Shown in pieces: positions 35,233 to 48,880 of a stretch of 64,000 bases of DNA; position 1 is the first letter of the stretch, and every line of letters starts with the position of its first letter. A program made the translations under genes and the position numbers. This DNA is from Octopus bimaculoides. Its lineage: Eukaryota. The notes beneath the pieces were generated by a model. It made no database searches. It worked only from the letters and a program-made list of their open reading frames with translations, and was not told the DNA's origin. The stretch spans positions 39,760,898 to 39,824,897 of the forward strand of contig NC_068998.1 in the NCBI RefSeq assembly GCF_001194135.2, in the 5' to 3' direction.

Positions 35233-35574
35233 TAAAAAATCAAAATAAGCAACACGGATTTTAAAGATGATTGCAGTACGCACGTTTCATACTACTCCAT
35301 TTATTTAAGTAATGCGAGCATTACATTAAATGCAATATGTAGAGCAATCTTCAGCTGCACGAAAATGTAGAAAATCACAGTAGAATAGACATAATTTTGC
35401 CACAATTATAATATGTCTATTCTACTGTAATTTTCTGCATTTTCGTGCAGCTGAAGATTGCTCTATATATTGCATTTAATGTAATGCTCGCATTACTTAA
35501 ATAAATGGAGTAGTATGAAACGTGCGTACTGCAATCATCTTTAAAATCCGTGTTGCTTATTTTGATTTTTTTAT
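35233..35574. mobile_element. Long near-perfect palindrome (about 160-bp arms), probably a young foldback MITE
   Basis: Arms differ by three substitutions and one indel in an A run. Confidence 0.85.
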
Positions 35575-38500
35575 CACCTCGTTTTTGGAATGGTTTTTGT
35601 ATAATACCATACCACACTATATTCTGGTGCCTAAACATAAGTACCATATTCAATTTTGAATCTAAATCTAAACCTTTTATATATATATTATATCAAATAT
35701 TTATATATACAGCCATAGCAGTGGTACTGTTTTGCTACTATCTGTATGTGACAGTTTAATTAATGTCCTGTCACAGCACTGACTGTTTTCCCAATATTTC
35801 TACTTGACATCAAACTGGATAGAACCAGCATTGCTGTCTTCTACTCCCTCTATCTCTCTGTCTCTATCTATCACACATCATTAATTCCTCATTTTCTGGT
35901 TGTTCTCTCTTTTTCTATTCTATATTTACAGTGTTTCTATTATTCTCTCTCTCTCATCATGTAGTGTTCTACCTGTCTTCATCCCTGTATTCTCTGCACC
36001 AATTCTCTCTGCTGGCTCGCTATTTCTCCTCATTCAGTCATCTCCTCTACCAATTCATCTCTCAATTTCAATGAGATTAACTTGTGATTTACATTTAGAT
36101 AGTCTCATCTATCTCTCCCCTCACTCTTTTCTCCCTTCCTTTGTCTATTATACTCTCTCTTTCATTTCTCTACAACACCCCCTCTCTCTCTCTTTCTCTG
36201 TCTGTCTGTCTCTCTCTCTGTCTCCCACACACTTCTTTCCCAGCCCCCATCCTCTGCAAACACTTTATGTCTCCGTTCTTTACCTCATTATTTATTCTCC
36301 AGGTTGTGAATTTACATTTATTAGAACATCAGATACAATACCTCCTAGTAATTGTTCTGACTCTCTAGGCTCTGAGATCAAATCCTGCTGAGGTCAGCAT
36401 TGCCTGGTCAATAAAACAGTGCACCAGTGAAGAGTAGTGGGTTAGAGGAACTTTAAGAATGGTGGACCAGGTGCTTTGCTGTATTTAGTTCTGGCTCAAA
36501 GAGCCATCTTGTCATAGTCTAAAGGAGTTGTTGTCATCATCATAATCATCTTTTAACATCCTTTTTCCATTCTGGTTAGATGGTTTGACTGGGACTGGTA
36601 AACTGGAGAGCTGCACCAGGCTCCAATTGTTCGCTTTGGCTTAGTTTCTATGGCTGGATGCCCTTCCTAATGCCAATCACTTTACAGAGTGTACAAGGTG
36701 TTTTTGATGTCACCAACACTGGTACCTGTTATGCATCACCCAGTTTAACGCAATCACCACCACCTGGAACCATGGGTTCCTATAATGGATGGACCCCACT
36801 CTGTTTTAAGCATTTAGGCAGATCTCTGGTTTGAGAATATCTTCTTCCTACCAGTCTCCACTCCCTGTAAAAGTGTCCTAGGTACTGCCCTTCCCCCTTG
36901 ACTCAAAAAAAAAAAAAAAATTCCCTTTCCTCCATCACCCTTCTTTAACTTCTCTGCTGTTATATCTTTCCAACTATTGTCTTTTTCTCCTTATCACTTT
37001 CCCTCTCGCCTCTTTCTTTTTTCCTTTCTTTTCATCATTATTTATTCTTGCTCTCTTATCGATTCTTTCCCCTCTCTCTTTCTCATTCTATCTTTATTTC
37101 TTTCTTCCTTCTCCTCCCCCTCCTTTCCTCCTACCTCCATCTCTCACTCTTACTTTGGATTCCTCCACTCCACCCGTCTGTCACAACTGCCTCACTGTCT
37201 CCACCACTGCCACTATATTTCTCTACATTTTGGCATCAGATGCCCCTCACCCCCAACTGCTCTGCTCCACTCCTGGTGCTGTCATTCTTTCTGCTGCTGC
37301 TGATGCAACCTGTCACATGTGAATCAATAGGGAATGGAAATCAGAGGTAGTGGCGACGGGGTGGGGTGGAAGGACTCATTAGTTCTTTATTTTTTGTTCT
37401 CAATAACAGCAATGACAACCAATGAGGAAGCTTTTATGAGGCTGCTGGTGGACCTGCTAGAAATAGCAATGAAATATCTCTCTGATTTTCACTCTATAGT
37501 CTGATAAAGAAAAGGAATGTTGAACAATGTAGTCTTTGATTAAAAAAGAAAAAAGAAAAAGCAATAAAGGATAGTTGTGGTTGGAAAGCTTTTGATCATA
37601 AATCTGCTGGATTATGTCTGACCAATGGTTAAATAACCAATGTCAACAGCAGCAGTAACTTTTTGTTTTGATCTAATCAGTCTGTTCCTATTCAAAGGAT
37701 TTAAAGTATTGATTATGTCTGTTTGTCCATTGGACACTGTCCATTTGTATGTCATCATCACAATCACCACCACTGTCATTATCATCATCATAACCACTAT
37801 CACCATCATCACCATCTATAGGAAGCTAGACACTTCAAATCTATACTGTAGTCTCACACAGCCATCTATGTGAATATCTGTGGATGTCAGTGGATATAGT
37901 AGTAGTAGTAGTAGACTTTTCTGAGATTTAAGACCTAAGTCCTGTTTATAAAAATACCACAAGATGATATTTTCTCAGAAAGAGAGGAAAAGAAAATAGA
38001 AAGATTGGTATTCTGAATATTTGGAGTTTTTCATATTTCTTGTTCTACCAAGGTCAACTTTACCTTTCATTCTTCCAAGACTGATAAAATCTAGTAGCAG
38101 TCCAATTCAGTGTCAGTGGTGTCAACGAATTCCTTCCCCTCAGAATTGCTGGACTACTTTGTCCCTAAATCAGAAACCATAAGGACAGTAAGCTGACAGA
38201 ATCATTAGAGCATTGGGAAAATTGTTTTGTGGTTTTTGTTTCAACTCTTCATGTTTTGAGTTCAAATCCTGTTGAGATCAACTTTGCTTTTTATTCCTCT
38301 AGCAGTCATTAAAATGAAGTACCAGTCGAATACTGGGATCAGTATAAAAAAACTTTCCTTACACACTCATAATTGCTGGCCTTGTGTTAGAATTTGTAAC
38401 CACTGTTATTGTTGCCATCATCATCATCACCAGGGTAGAGATGACATAATTAGTGGAGCATTAAACAAAATACTTTGAAGAATTTAGTTATGTTGTCTTC

Positions 38501-39660
38501 ATGTTCTTAGCTTGAATCCATCAGGGATAACTTTGCCACTAAATTATCATCAGGGGTAACATTGCTGCTCAATCTTTGCTCTCTTCATCAGGAGTAGCTT
38601 TGCTTTGCCACTCAAATGCAATACCCACCTAGTCACCAAACATATGGCCTTCCTATGCTAGAAACCAACATTATTTCACTACTATTATATTGCCAAAGAC
38701 TGAGTCTTTGCATTCTCTTATACTCAATTCCTCACAGTGATGCCTGGTGCATGTTTTTAGGCCCTACTTTTGCATCATCTGAAAGGATGTAAAAACTAAA
38801 TGTTATAATCAGACATATTGGTTTCAAATTTTGGCACAAGGCCAGCAATTTCAGGGAAGTTGATTATATTGACCTCTGTGCTCAACTGGAACTTATTTTA
38901 TTATCCCTGAAGGGATGAAAGGCAGAGTCAACCTAGGTGGAATTTGAACTCAGAACATAAAGACGGAGAAAATGCCACTAAACATTTTGTCCAGCACACT
39001 AACATTTCTGCCAGCTCACCACCTTATTATAATCGGACATTTAGTTATAGATATCAAATCACATCAAGAAAACAATATCATGTGAAAGGAGAACTATATA
39101 CATCAGTCTGTGGCAAGTGTCTAGTCATGATTGTGAATCTAAGATGTCAGAAATATTAGTCAAATAATATCATGAGAAAATATAACTATATATATATGTT
39201 GTGTGCCCCTGGCAGTTAGCTATTATAGAGGTAACAATCTCTTATAAGTTAATTTGAGGCAGAAAGCAAAGTTTGGAATTTATATCAAAGAGTAAAGTAG
39301 GTGTACATAGAATATACATTTAATATAGTTTTTTTCTACACATTCTAAAATTCTTAAAAGTTTCTAATTGTTGGTAGCCATGTATAGTGTCATTTCATTC
39401 TTCTTTGGAATCATCATCATAGCATAACTTGAGACAAATGAAGCCAAATTCAGCTTTTTTATGAAGTTAGACATTTCTTATAGAAAGGAAATACTTCACC
39501 CTGTGGTGAGTGTTTGGTTACCATTGTGAGTCAGTCTTTCCAGTTAAACAATAATATAAGAAAGCAAGACTTTATACTTCAGGCTGTGGCTAGTGTGTGA
39601 TTGCTGTTGTGACATGATTTATAGTAAAACTTAACCTCTATCTTCTTTTTTGTTCTACAG

Positions 39661-39770
39661 GCCCAGTATGAAGATTACCGTTGCAAGTGTGTCTGTCCAT
39701 CACAGACTGTTGTCAATGCCACAGAAACTGGACGCAAGGTTTATATAAAGAAGGTCAACCCTAACCAGTG
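39661..39770 (+). CDS. TMEM9: TMEM9 exon 2 (AQYEDYRCKCVCPSQTVVNATETGRKVYIKKVNPNQ-C)
   Basis: Acceptor ttctacag, donor GTAAGT, and the family motif ED.RCKC.CP. Confidence 0.95.
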
Positions 39771-40483
39771 GTAAGTTTTGTCTGTTGGTCATTAGAGTGG
39801 TTGTTGGTCAAATGGTTGACTGAACTGATCATGTTGTAGCTGAGAGTGTTGTGTTGGGTCACTTTCTAACTATATATAGTCACTTACATAAGTGTCTAAG
39901 TTTATGTTACTGTAGTTCCACTGATATAACTGTATGTCTGTAGTGTCTCTGATATAACAGTGTGTGTCTTTGTGAGACTAGTTTTACTAGTATGTCCAGT
40001 GTGCGTGTGCGCGTGTGAGAGAGAGAAAGAGAGACTGATATAACAGTGTGTGTTTGTATGATTGTACTGACTGTATTATTAATATAACTGTGTGTGAAGG
40101 TTGTTGCTTCTTTGCTATATGACTGGTGCTATTTTAATATAATGCACATAAAATGGCAAGCTGGCAGAATCATTAGCACCCTGGACGAAATGCTGCTAAG
40201 CATTTTGTCCATCTGAGTTCAAATTCCGCTAAGGTAGATTTTGCTTTCATCCTTTTGGGGTTGATAAATTAAGTACCAGTTGAGCACTGGGGTAATTGAC
40301 TAGCTCCCCTTCCTCAAGATTTCAGGCCTTGTGCCTAAAATAAAAAGAATTATAATATAACACGTGTATTACAGTATAATGTTTGTGTGTGGTGTAATTA
40401 GATGTAGAAGCTGTTATAGTTGTGATGATATTCTTGAGTATGTAACAAAAGATTGACTTTTATTGTGTTTTTTTCTTTTGTAG

Positions 40484-40583
40484 CAAATGTGAAGATGTTG
40501 TCTGGCCTCTGCCTGAGAAGGCCACAGAATTCTGTCCTCGCTGTGAGTGCAAGTATCAGAGTAGAAATGTCACTCTGATAAAG
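40484..40583 (+). CDS. TMEM9: TMEM9 exon 3 (KCEDVVWPLPEKATEFCPRCECKYQSRNVTLIK)
   Basis: Acceptor ttttgtag, donor AAG|GTAAAC, motif C..CEC.Y..R...IK. Phases match. Confidence 0.95.
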
Positions 40584-41155
40584 GTAAACTCTGGTTTATT
40601 ATTTACATTAGTGGTAGTGGTGGTGGTAACAGTGATGATTGTAGTTGTAGTAGCAGTGGTAGTCTTCATCATCATCGTCACATGGCTGCTTTCTATGCTG
40701 GCATGGGTTGGATGGTTTGACAGGAGATGCCTCAGGCTCCATTGTCTGTTTTCGCATAGTTTCTACAGCTGAATGTCTTTCCTAACTCCAACCACTTTAC
40801 AGAGTGTATTGGGTGCTTTCAACGTGGCACCAGTACATTTTACATGGCACCAGCACCCACAGGGTCACCAAGTGCTTTGCAAGTCAAAAACCCCTCAACT
40901 GGGAGTGGGGAATAGTGTTGTGGGAGTGTGGCTTTGTACCAGTTGAAGCATTTTCTCCAACACCTTCATGATTCTTTCTTTGCTTTTCCATCAGTCCAAA
41001 AAGAAAAAAGAAACCAAAAAAAAAAAAATGAAGGGAAAGGGGAAAAAGAAAAACCTTATATTTTCAGTTGTCTTTTTTCTTTGCTATTTTGTTCATGAAC
41101 GATTTATTTATCAACGGTTGTTTTTAACCGATGTAATCTCTGTTTTGTTTTACAG

Positions 41156-41278
41156 ATTATGGTGACCATTATAATATGTGTGGTGTCATTGCTGTTTGTC
41201 TACATGGTGTTCCTGCTCTGTCTGGATCCTTTGCTTGTCAAGAAACCAGGTCGCTACCAAGAGCAGACAAATGAGGAG
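41156..41278 (+). CDS. TMEM9: TMEM9 exon 4, transmembrane helix (IMVTIIICVVSLLFVYMVFLLCLDPLLVKKPGRYQEQTNEE)
   Basis: Acceptor ttttacag, donor GAG|GTGAAT (alternative at 41288), motif YM.FL...DPL. Confidence 0.93.
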
Positions 41279-41504
41279 GTGAATTTGGTAAACACTATGG
41301 CAACGGATTATGACGCCTTTTTCTTCTTACTAAGCCTTTCTTTTCAAGTTCCGTGCCAACTAGCTGCAGACCAGTCAGTTAGGGGTTCTAGCAGATCTCT
41401 GTCTGTCTCTCTCTATACATATTTAGGTGCTCTTGTGGTTGGTTGATTAATGTTGTCTTTGGTTTCATATTCCATGCTAGCCATCAGGAGACCACTCTGT
41501 TAAG

Positions 41505-41505
<1 letters not shown>

Positions 41506-41539
<34 letters not shown>

Positions 41540-41613
41540 NNNNNNNNNNNNNNNNNNNNNNNNNNNNNNNNNNNNNNNNNNNNNNNNNNNATATGTATGT
41601 ATTTATGTATATG

Positions 41614-41666
<53 letters not shown>

Positions 41667-41743
41667 ATATGTATGTATTTATGTATATGTATGTATATAT
41701 ATATATATATATATATGTGTATATGTATGTATTTATGTATATG

Positions 41744-41781
<38 letters not shown>

Positions 41782-42073
41782 TATATATATATGTGTATAT
41801 GTATGTATTTATGTATATGTATGTATATATATATGTATATGTATGTATTTATGTATGTGTATATGTATGTATGTATATATGTATATGTATGTATTTATGT
41901 ATATATATATGTATTTATGTATATATATATGTGTATATATATATATGTATATATATGTGTATATGTATATAAGTATATGTATGTGTATATATGTGTGTGT
42001 ATATATATATATACATATGTATGTACGTGTATATACATACACGCATATATAGATAGACAGACAGACAGGTAGG

Positions 42074-42108
<35 letters not shown>
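41506..42108. repeat. Complex (TA)n/(TATG)n/(GATA)n microsatellite containing a 51-N assembly gap (41540-41590)
   Basis: Directly visible. Confidence 0.95.
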
Positions 42109-43976
42109 ATTTAGAGGCTCTTAGTTTGTGTCTCATTAGTTTATTTTTTGTTTTGTCTGTTTGGATTCACATTCCATACTAGCTCACAGTAAACCAGTCT
42201 GTTAAGGGAGCATATATATATATATATATATAGGAACTTAGTTAATATTTTACTAGTTTATTGATTCATTTTGTCTGTGTTTGGTATCAGTATATTTATT
42301 ATATTTGCTGTATTATTTGTGACGTTTCAGTTAAGGTTTAACCATATAAGGCAATAAATAGTGGCTAAGACCATTGGCAATGACCAAGGTTGGAATTTAT
42401 GTCATAAGGAAACAATAATATTAGTGAAGAGCAAGTGTCATTTTCATGTTTTTTGCAAGTATAGGAGACAGCTCTGGATATGTTTTAGTTTTATTCTAAT
42501 CCCATCAGTGAAGCATAGCTTTACTTTATTTGCTGAAGTTGGGATGAATGACTCCTTATGTAACAAAGGTACAAGATTGTATATTTATTACTCTGCAGAA
42601 AAATAGAATTGCTTAGAGATTAGCTGAATCAAAGATGCCATTCAATTGAAAGGTATTAGTTAATTTGGTGTAAACATATTTGATGTAGTGAATATAAAAA
42701 AGCTAAAATAATAATATTGTGGTAATGAAAGAAAATATTTTTCTATCTGACAAATATTTGTCTTTTCACATGGAGCAATTAAGAGAGACAACTTCAGACA
42801 TGTTCATCTGTTTAGAGCTTTTTGGGGCAAACTATAGCCTGTAGGTCACATATGGTCAGCAGAACTTTCTGAATGATGTGCCTAATGGAAAATTACTTTC
42901 AGATTTCTTAGTATAGCAGCCTGCCTGATGATGAGTCATGTCTTGTGGATTGCATTTCTAAAAAGGTTGCCCATTCCTGGTTTAGAGGTTATTTATAATA
43001 TTCTGCAGAGAATATTCTAGAATTCAGGAATGGCATGTCTTGTGTATTCTACTGTCACATGTGACAACAATGTTGATATGGTGTAGTATAGGTATTGTTT
43101 GTATATATTAAGTTTTGGGCGTATTCACTGCACTGTAGTATGCTATATATCATCATCATCAAGTAATGTCCATGTTCCATGCTGGCATGGGTTGGATGGT
43201 CAAGAGGATCCAATGGGTCCAGGGACTACATCATGCTCCAGTATCTGCTTTGGCAAGGTTTCTGCACTTGGATGTCCTTCATAATGCCAGCTACTTCACA
43301 GCATGTACTAAATGCTTTTTTCATGCTACCAGCACTGTTAAGGTTACTATGCAGCTCACAAAGATACAAACCCTGAGGGCGCAGGAGCTGCTTTATCCTA
43401 AGGGATGATGGGTTAAAGCATGAAAGAGGTAGTGGGGTGCAGCAGGTTCTTGTTCAGCTACTCACATTTATTTAGAAGAGGGGGAGAGAACTGCCAGTAG
43501 GAGTTGTGAAGAGTTAGTGGAGATGAAGTGTATGGTGAGCAGGAGGCAGGCTGTGACTGTAAAGATTGGGTAAGGTTAAAGGGTGGTTAGCAGGATAGTA
43601 ATGATGGTACAGTTCTCAGTGGGTTGGAGGACAAGAGAGATAGAGATGGCGTATTGGGTAGTGTGGTATTTTTCACTGTGATGTAGTGTGGTATGGTTTA
43701 TTCCACTGTGTTGTAGTGCAGTATTTCCCTTTGTGGTGCAATAGTAGTGTTGTATATTGTATTGTGATGTAGTGTTAAATAATCTACTGTAGTGTTGTAT
43801 ATTCTATATTGTAGTTTAGTGTATTGCGATGTGATCTGGAATATCCTAGAATGGTCCTTTGTAAAGTGGTGTTATGTGGATTACCAGTGTTAGTAAAAAA
43901 TAATGGTGACGATTGCAGTTTCAGATTGCCAAGATGAAGATTCTGTCATTTCCTTGTCATTCTTCTGAGTTTAAAC

Positions 43977-44237
43977 CTGTGTTTCCAACTGGGGTCCATA
44001 TGACCCTTGGGGTGAGGTTTGGGTGGTTTCCATATAAGATTTTGTTATTAATGATTATGTGTAATAAATGGGTTACAATACACAAAATATTTTAACAATT
44101 TTTTAATACAATTCCTAATAATATTTAATTATAAAAATTGAATAGGATATTTTTAGACACTGAATGGGTACAAGGGTTAATCAGAGTAAAATAGGAATCA
44201 AGTGGGTCCATAGGTAAAAATTGGTTGAGAAACACTG
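43977..44237. mobile_element. hAT-type MITE
   Basis: Termini CTGTGTTTCCAAC / GTTGAGAAACACTG and an 8-bp TSD GTTTAAAC / GTTGAAAC (one mismatch). Confidence 0.75.
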
Positions 44238-44756
44238 GTTGAAACTGTTTAATCTGTCTTTTTCCATTGATGGAACAATGTCCAACCTGTAGAGAAAAAG
44301 TCACATCAACTTTATTTTATCTGATAGTTTTTCTTTTAGCTATAGTATGTTAAAGGAATTTAGTTCATTAATGAAAAAAGTTAATTGTTTGGGGGAATTA
44401 TCTCCTTTTAATTGCTAATTCTGATATTGTATTTCTTTTGTGTTCATTAATTCATGGACAAGATCATACAAATGTCAGTACAGACGTAGGAAATGCACTA
44501 TTGTATCAGATGTTTTGGTTTATTATAGTCTCAAGTATAGGTTGAAATATTGCCTTGTGTAGCGGTTAAGGTATCGTCTAATGTTAAAGGAAGAGGTATA
44601 CCACAGCAGCCATGTGTAGTTATAGCTTTACTATACTCCTGTAATATTTCTTGTAAGATTTGACTAAAACAGGAGTAGATAATGATTTTGTTAATTTCCA
44701 TTGCGAAGCAAGATAGTTGACATATGTGTGTTTGTGTGTATGTATATATATATATT

Positions 44757-44792
<36 letters not shown>

Positions 44793-44846
44793 TGTATAAA
44801 TATGAATATATATATAGATATACATAAATATATATATATACACACA

Positions 44847-44906
<60 letters not shown>

Positions 44907-45611
44907 TTTAAAAGTTCTGGTTAGCTGTGACTTAAGTTGGCTCTCTTTAATGTGTAGTGGTGGTGGTTTTGGTGGTGGTAGTGATGATGTTGTTGAGTTG
45001 TCCTCATTCATTTCTGCTTGAGCAGGCCTATAGCATGGCATGAACAATAGCAATTTGTACTGTCTGGAGCAACCCTAGGTGATGTTCAGCATGTTGGTTT
45101 TGGTTAAACTTTCGAGTGCCTAACCCTGATTCTAAACTATAACCACCCTAGCTACCTTGATCTTTACTATGGTGCATGTTGCCCAAAATTTTTTACCTTT
45201 AAACTATGTGATCCTTATTTGTTATGGGAGATTTGGCTGTTACATTGACCATGTCAAGTGACTACTCAGAGGCTCTATCTCCATAAATTCATGTGACCCC
45301 TATATTGTAGAGTTGGTGTGTTTTATTGGAAGTGGTTCAGGTATTTATTTTTATGTTGGGTTTTGTGAACAGAAGTTTTGTTGGTTGTATGTTTTCAACA
45401 GGCCAATCTTTAGTTCACTAGTATTTCTGAAGGTGAGGATAACAAGGGAGTATTTGCACAACTATGGGTAAACAAATATCACTAGGGATTTTTGTTCTGA
45501 AAGATGTTTACATTTTACACCAAAATACTCACATTAAATTGTTACTAGAGAAAGGTTAACTGACTTTGAAGTTTTGGTCAAGTATTTGATCATAGTTCCT
45601 CGATTGTTGCT

Positions 45612-45780
45612 GTATAGTCTCAGTTTTGAGGACTTATACTGTATAGTCCCAAATTTAAGAGCTTTTACTATGAAGTCCAAAAGTTAAGGACTTGACTACT
45701 GTATAGTCCAAATTTAGGGACTTACACTGTATCCCAGTTTTAAGGACTTACTCTACATAGTCTCAATTTTAAAGCTAACT
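45612..45780. repeat. Minisatellite, about 6 x 28-30 bp (GTATAGTCC...GGACTTA.ACT)
   Basis: Visible periodicity. Confidence 0.75.
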
Positions 45781-45949
45781 TGTTTACAAGAATTTGATTG
45801 CTACATTGACAGGTCAAGAACCTATGCAGAAGCTCTTGTGTTGACATTGAGTCCCTTGTTGGCTCAAGAAACCCTGTCAGTTTGTCATGAAAAATGCTCT
45901 CTTAGAATTGTTGGAGTGTCTGAAAAATTTCTCTGTGGTGTTTCATTCA

Positions 45950-47395
45950 GATGTTTATGTTCTGAGTTCAAATTGCACTGACATCACTTTTACCTTTCAT
46001 CACTCTGGTGGAGTCAATGAAATATAGTTCCACTCAAATACTGAGGTTGATGGTATCGCCTAGTCTCTTCCCTCATAATTACTGGCCTTGAGCCTTAATT
46101 AGAAACATTATTATTATTATTATTTTATTGAGGAAATGGACTCAAAGAAATGGTAGAATGATAGGCAAACAACCATTTGTTCCATAATAGCATTGGTTGG
46201 ATGGGGACATGATTGAGGGAAGATTTTATTGCAAATTGACAGTATGAGTCTCCGTTCTGATATCCTTCAGCCTCTCACTTGAGCTGTTGTGTTAAGTGCA
46301 TCCATTACCACAAGAATAATTGTCACCTTTGTTACTGTTAGTAAGGTAGAAATAAGGGTAGTGGTTTGGCAGAATCATTAGCATATCAGACAAAAATACT
46401 TTGCAGTACTTTTGGTTCTTCATGTTTTGAGTTCAAATCCTACTGCTGTCAACTTTGACTTTCATCCTTTCGAGAATCAATAAAATGAAGTACCAATCAA
46501 GTACTAAGGTTGATAGAATTCAACTAAATCCTTCCCTCAAATTTTTAAACTTGTTCTTAATTTAGAAACATTTAAAAGACAAATAAAATTGTTAGAGCAT
46601 TGGACAAAATACCTTGCAACATTTGTTCCAGCTCTTTACATTCTGAGTTCAAATCCAGCTAAGGTCAACTTTGTCTTTCATCCCTTCAGAGTTGATAAAA
46701 AAAAGTGGGGTTGATATTATTAACTAAACCCCTCTCCTCAAAATTATTAGCCTTGTGCCTAAATTCAAAGTTATTTAAGACAAAATAATAGAAAGTCCAC
46801 TGATAGGGTTGAAGTATTTTGTTCAGATTCTGGCAAGGCTGAGTTTAACTTTCATCCTTGTGGATGGAGGATGTTTAATAAATTAATTACTAATCAAATA
46901 TTGAATTTAATTTAATTAATAACACAGTACGCCTGCCTACCAAAGTTTGTTTTTGTGACAATATTAGAAATATCATTATCATTATTATTCTTAGCTTTAT
47001 TATTATTAAATGCCCTTGTGGCAAAATTTGAAACCATTATTATTTAATCATTAAGGTGGTGAGCTAGCAGAATTGTTAGCACTCTGGGCAAGATGTTTAG
47101 CAGCAGTTGCTCTGTCTTTACATTCTGAGTTCAAAGTTTGCTGAGGTCGACTTTGCCTTTCATCCTTTTGGGGTTGATAAAATAAGTACCAGTTGAGCAC
47201 TGGGGGTCAATGTAATCAACTTACCCGCTTTACTGAAATTGCTGGCCTTGTGCTAAAATTTGAAACCACTATTATTATTGCTGCTACTTGGGCAGTAGAT
47301 TGGTAGAGTCATTAGAGTGTCAGACATGGCTCTTTATATTCTGAGTTCAAATTGCTGGCCTTGTGCCTAAATTAGAAACAATTATTATTGCTGCT
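45950..47395 (+). mobile_element. Cluster of 5-6 same-orientation SINE family B copies (TGAGTTCAAAT...TTTCATCCT...AAGTACCAG...GGCCTTGTGCC core)
   Basis: Repeated core at about 45960, 46430, 46645, 47125 and 47340. Further copies lie near 15960, 38230, 38830, 40150, 48360 and 50330. Confidence 0.8.
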
Positions 47396-48573
47396 GTTAC
47401 TGCTTCCTAAGCCAATGAATAAACCTCTATGTAGCCACTCAACCTGCTAGAAATAACAGCCAAATCTCTCTCCGTTAACATTGTATCACCTTGAATAAGG
47501 AGGGGCATATTATATAGTGTGGCTCCTGATGTGTTGTGTCTGATGAAAAGATGGGATGGTCATGCTGGGAAAAAAAAATCTTTTATCATAGGTCTGCTCC
47601 TTCAGAGCTGAGATGGGGTTTATCAACAACAATTACTACTGTTGTACTTACTGATCTTCTGTAATTTGAATGCTAATATCTGCTATATTTCTCTATCTGC
47701 CCTTCCTTTCTGGCCTCATTGATTTGCAAATGCTTTTTGTTTATCCAATCCTAATCTTGAAATGAGTTTGTAATGGTTGTGGGTTTTATGATGCATGATG
47801 CTGTTATTTACTAATACATTTTCAGCCCTAAATCTCATTTAACCCCTGCACTAATCTAACTTAATCATTGCAGTTCTTCACTCCTCTAACATGTCACATA
47901 CAGATTCTGAATGAAGAATTTTGTATCTTCCTCACACATACAAACATAAAACACAATGGCATCTAAATTAAGATGGTTTTTATTATTTATATTTCGCATT
48001 TTAATTTTAATTATTTGTTTCTTATCCATGTTTCCATGGCAACATAATAATTTGAAAGGGTTTTTTTTTTCTTTACATAAAATAAATCATTTGGGACATT
48101 TTGCATAACAATGTTTTTCTATGAGTGGAAAACATACCATAATTACTCGACTATGATGTATAAAATGAAAGCTATTATCAGCCACACCAACTGCAGCAAG
48201 CTTAGTTATATGTCTCACTCTGGAGCACATTGGAAGAGCATATAGTTTAGTGGTTGTTTACTGGTAATTCAGTAGTGCAAACCAAGTGGTCGGTGGTCTA
48301 GCAGCTTGATTACAGAAACATTGCATCTCTTAATAATAATAATAATAATAATAATAATGAAGCCTTTCTACTATAGGCACAAAGCCTGAAATTTTGTGGG
48401 AGGGGGCTAGTCGATTAAATCGACCCCAGCACTTGACTGGTACTTATTTCATTGACCCTGAAAGGATGAAAGGTAAAGTTGACCTCAACAGAATTTGAAC
48501 TCAGAATGTAGTGACAGATAAAATATCACTATGCATTTTGCCCAATGTGCTAATGATTCTACCAGCTTGCTGC

Positions 48574-48604
<31 letters not shown>

Positions 48605-48650
48605 TAATAATAATATAATAATAATATTAATAATAATAATAATAATAATA

Positions 48651-48880
48651 ATGGGGACAGTATCAGAAGGCATCAAGGGGAATATAAAGGAAATTGGAAT
48701 AGAGTGTCCAATGGAGCTGTTACAAAAGGTTTGCCTCTTTGGCATGACCAGAATAATCAGCAGAGTATTAGACTGTTGAAAAGAAGAGAAAGCATGGTAC
48801 TGTTGGCTGCAGGTAGCAAGCCCACTATGCATGAAAGACTCCAGGAGTTCCAACAAAACCCGAGTTATAAGGAATAACAA
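48651..48880 (+). mobile_element. Short 3' end of an R4/Dong-type LINE after an (AAT)n tract
   Basis: Reads MGTVSEGIKGNIKEIGIECPMELLQKVCLFGMTRIISRVLD, matching the LQK..L.G..RI.R.VL C-terminus. Confidence 0.65.

Noticed and set aside
41288-41446. Read-through C-terminus of ORF 41159-41446
   Set aside because: Lacks the conserved TMEM9 tail, which is found at 54389-54592; intronic composition.
41443-42136. Multiple Y/I/M/C-rich ORFs
   Set aside because: Microsatellite and N gap.
45612-45780. CRISPR-like regular repeats (also 17680-17850)
   Set aside because: Degenerate tandem units without unique spacers; eukaryotic context with no cas genes.
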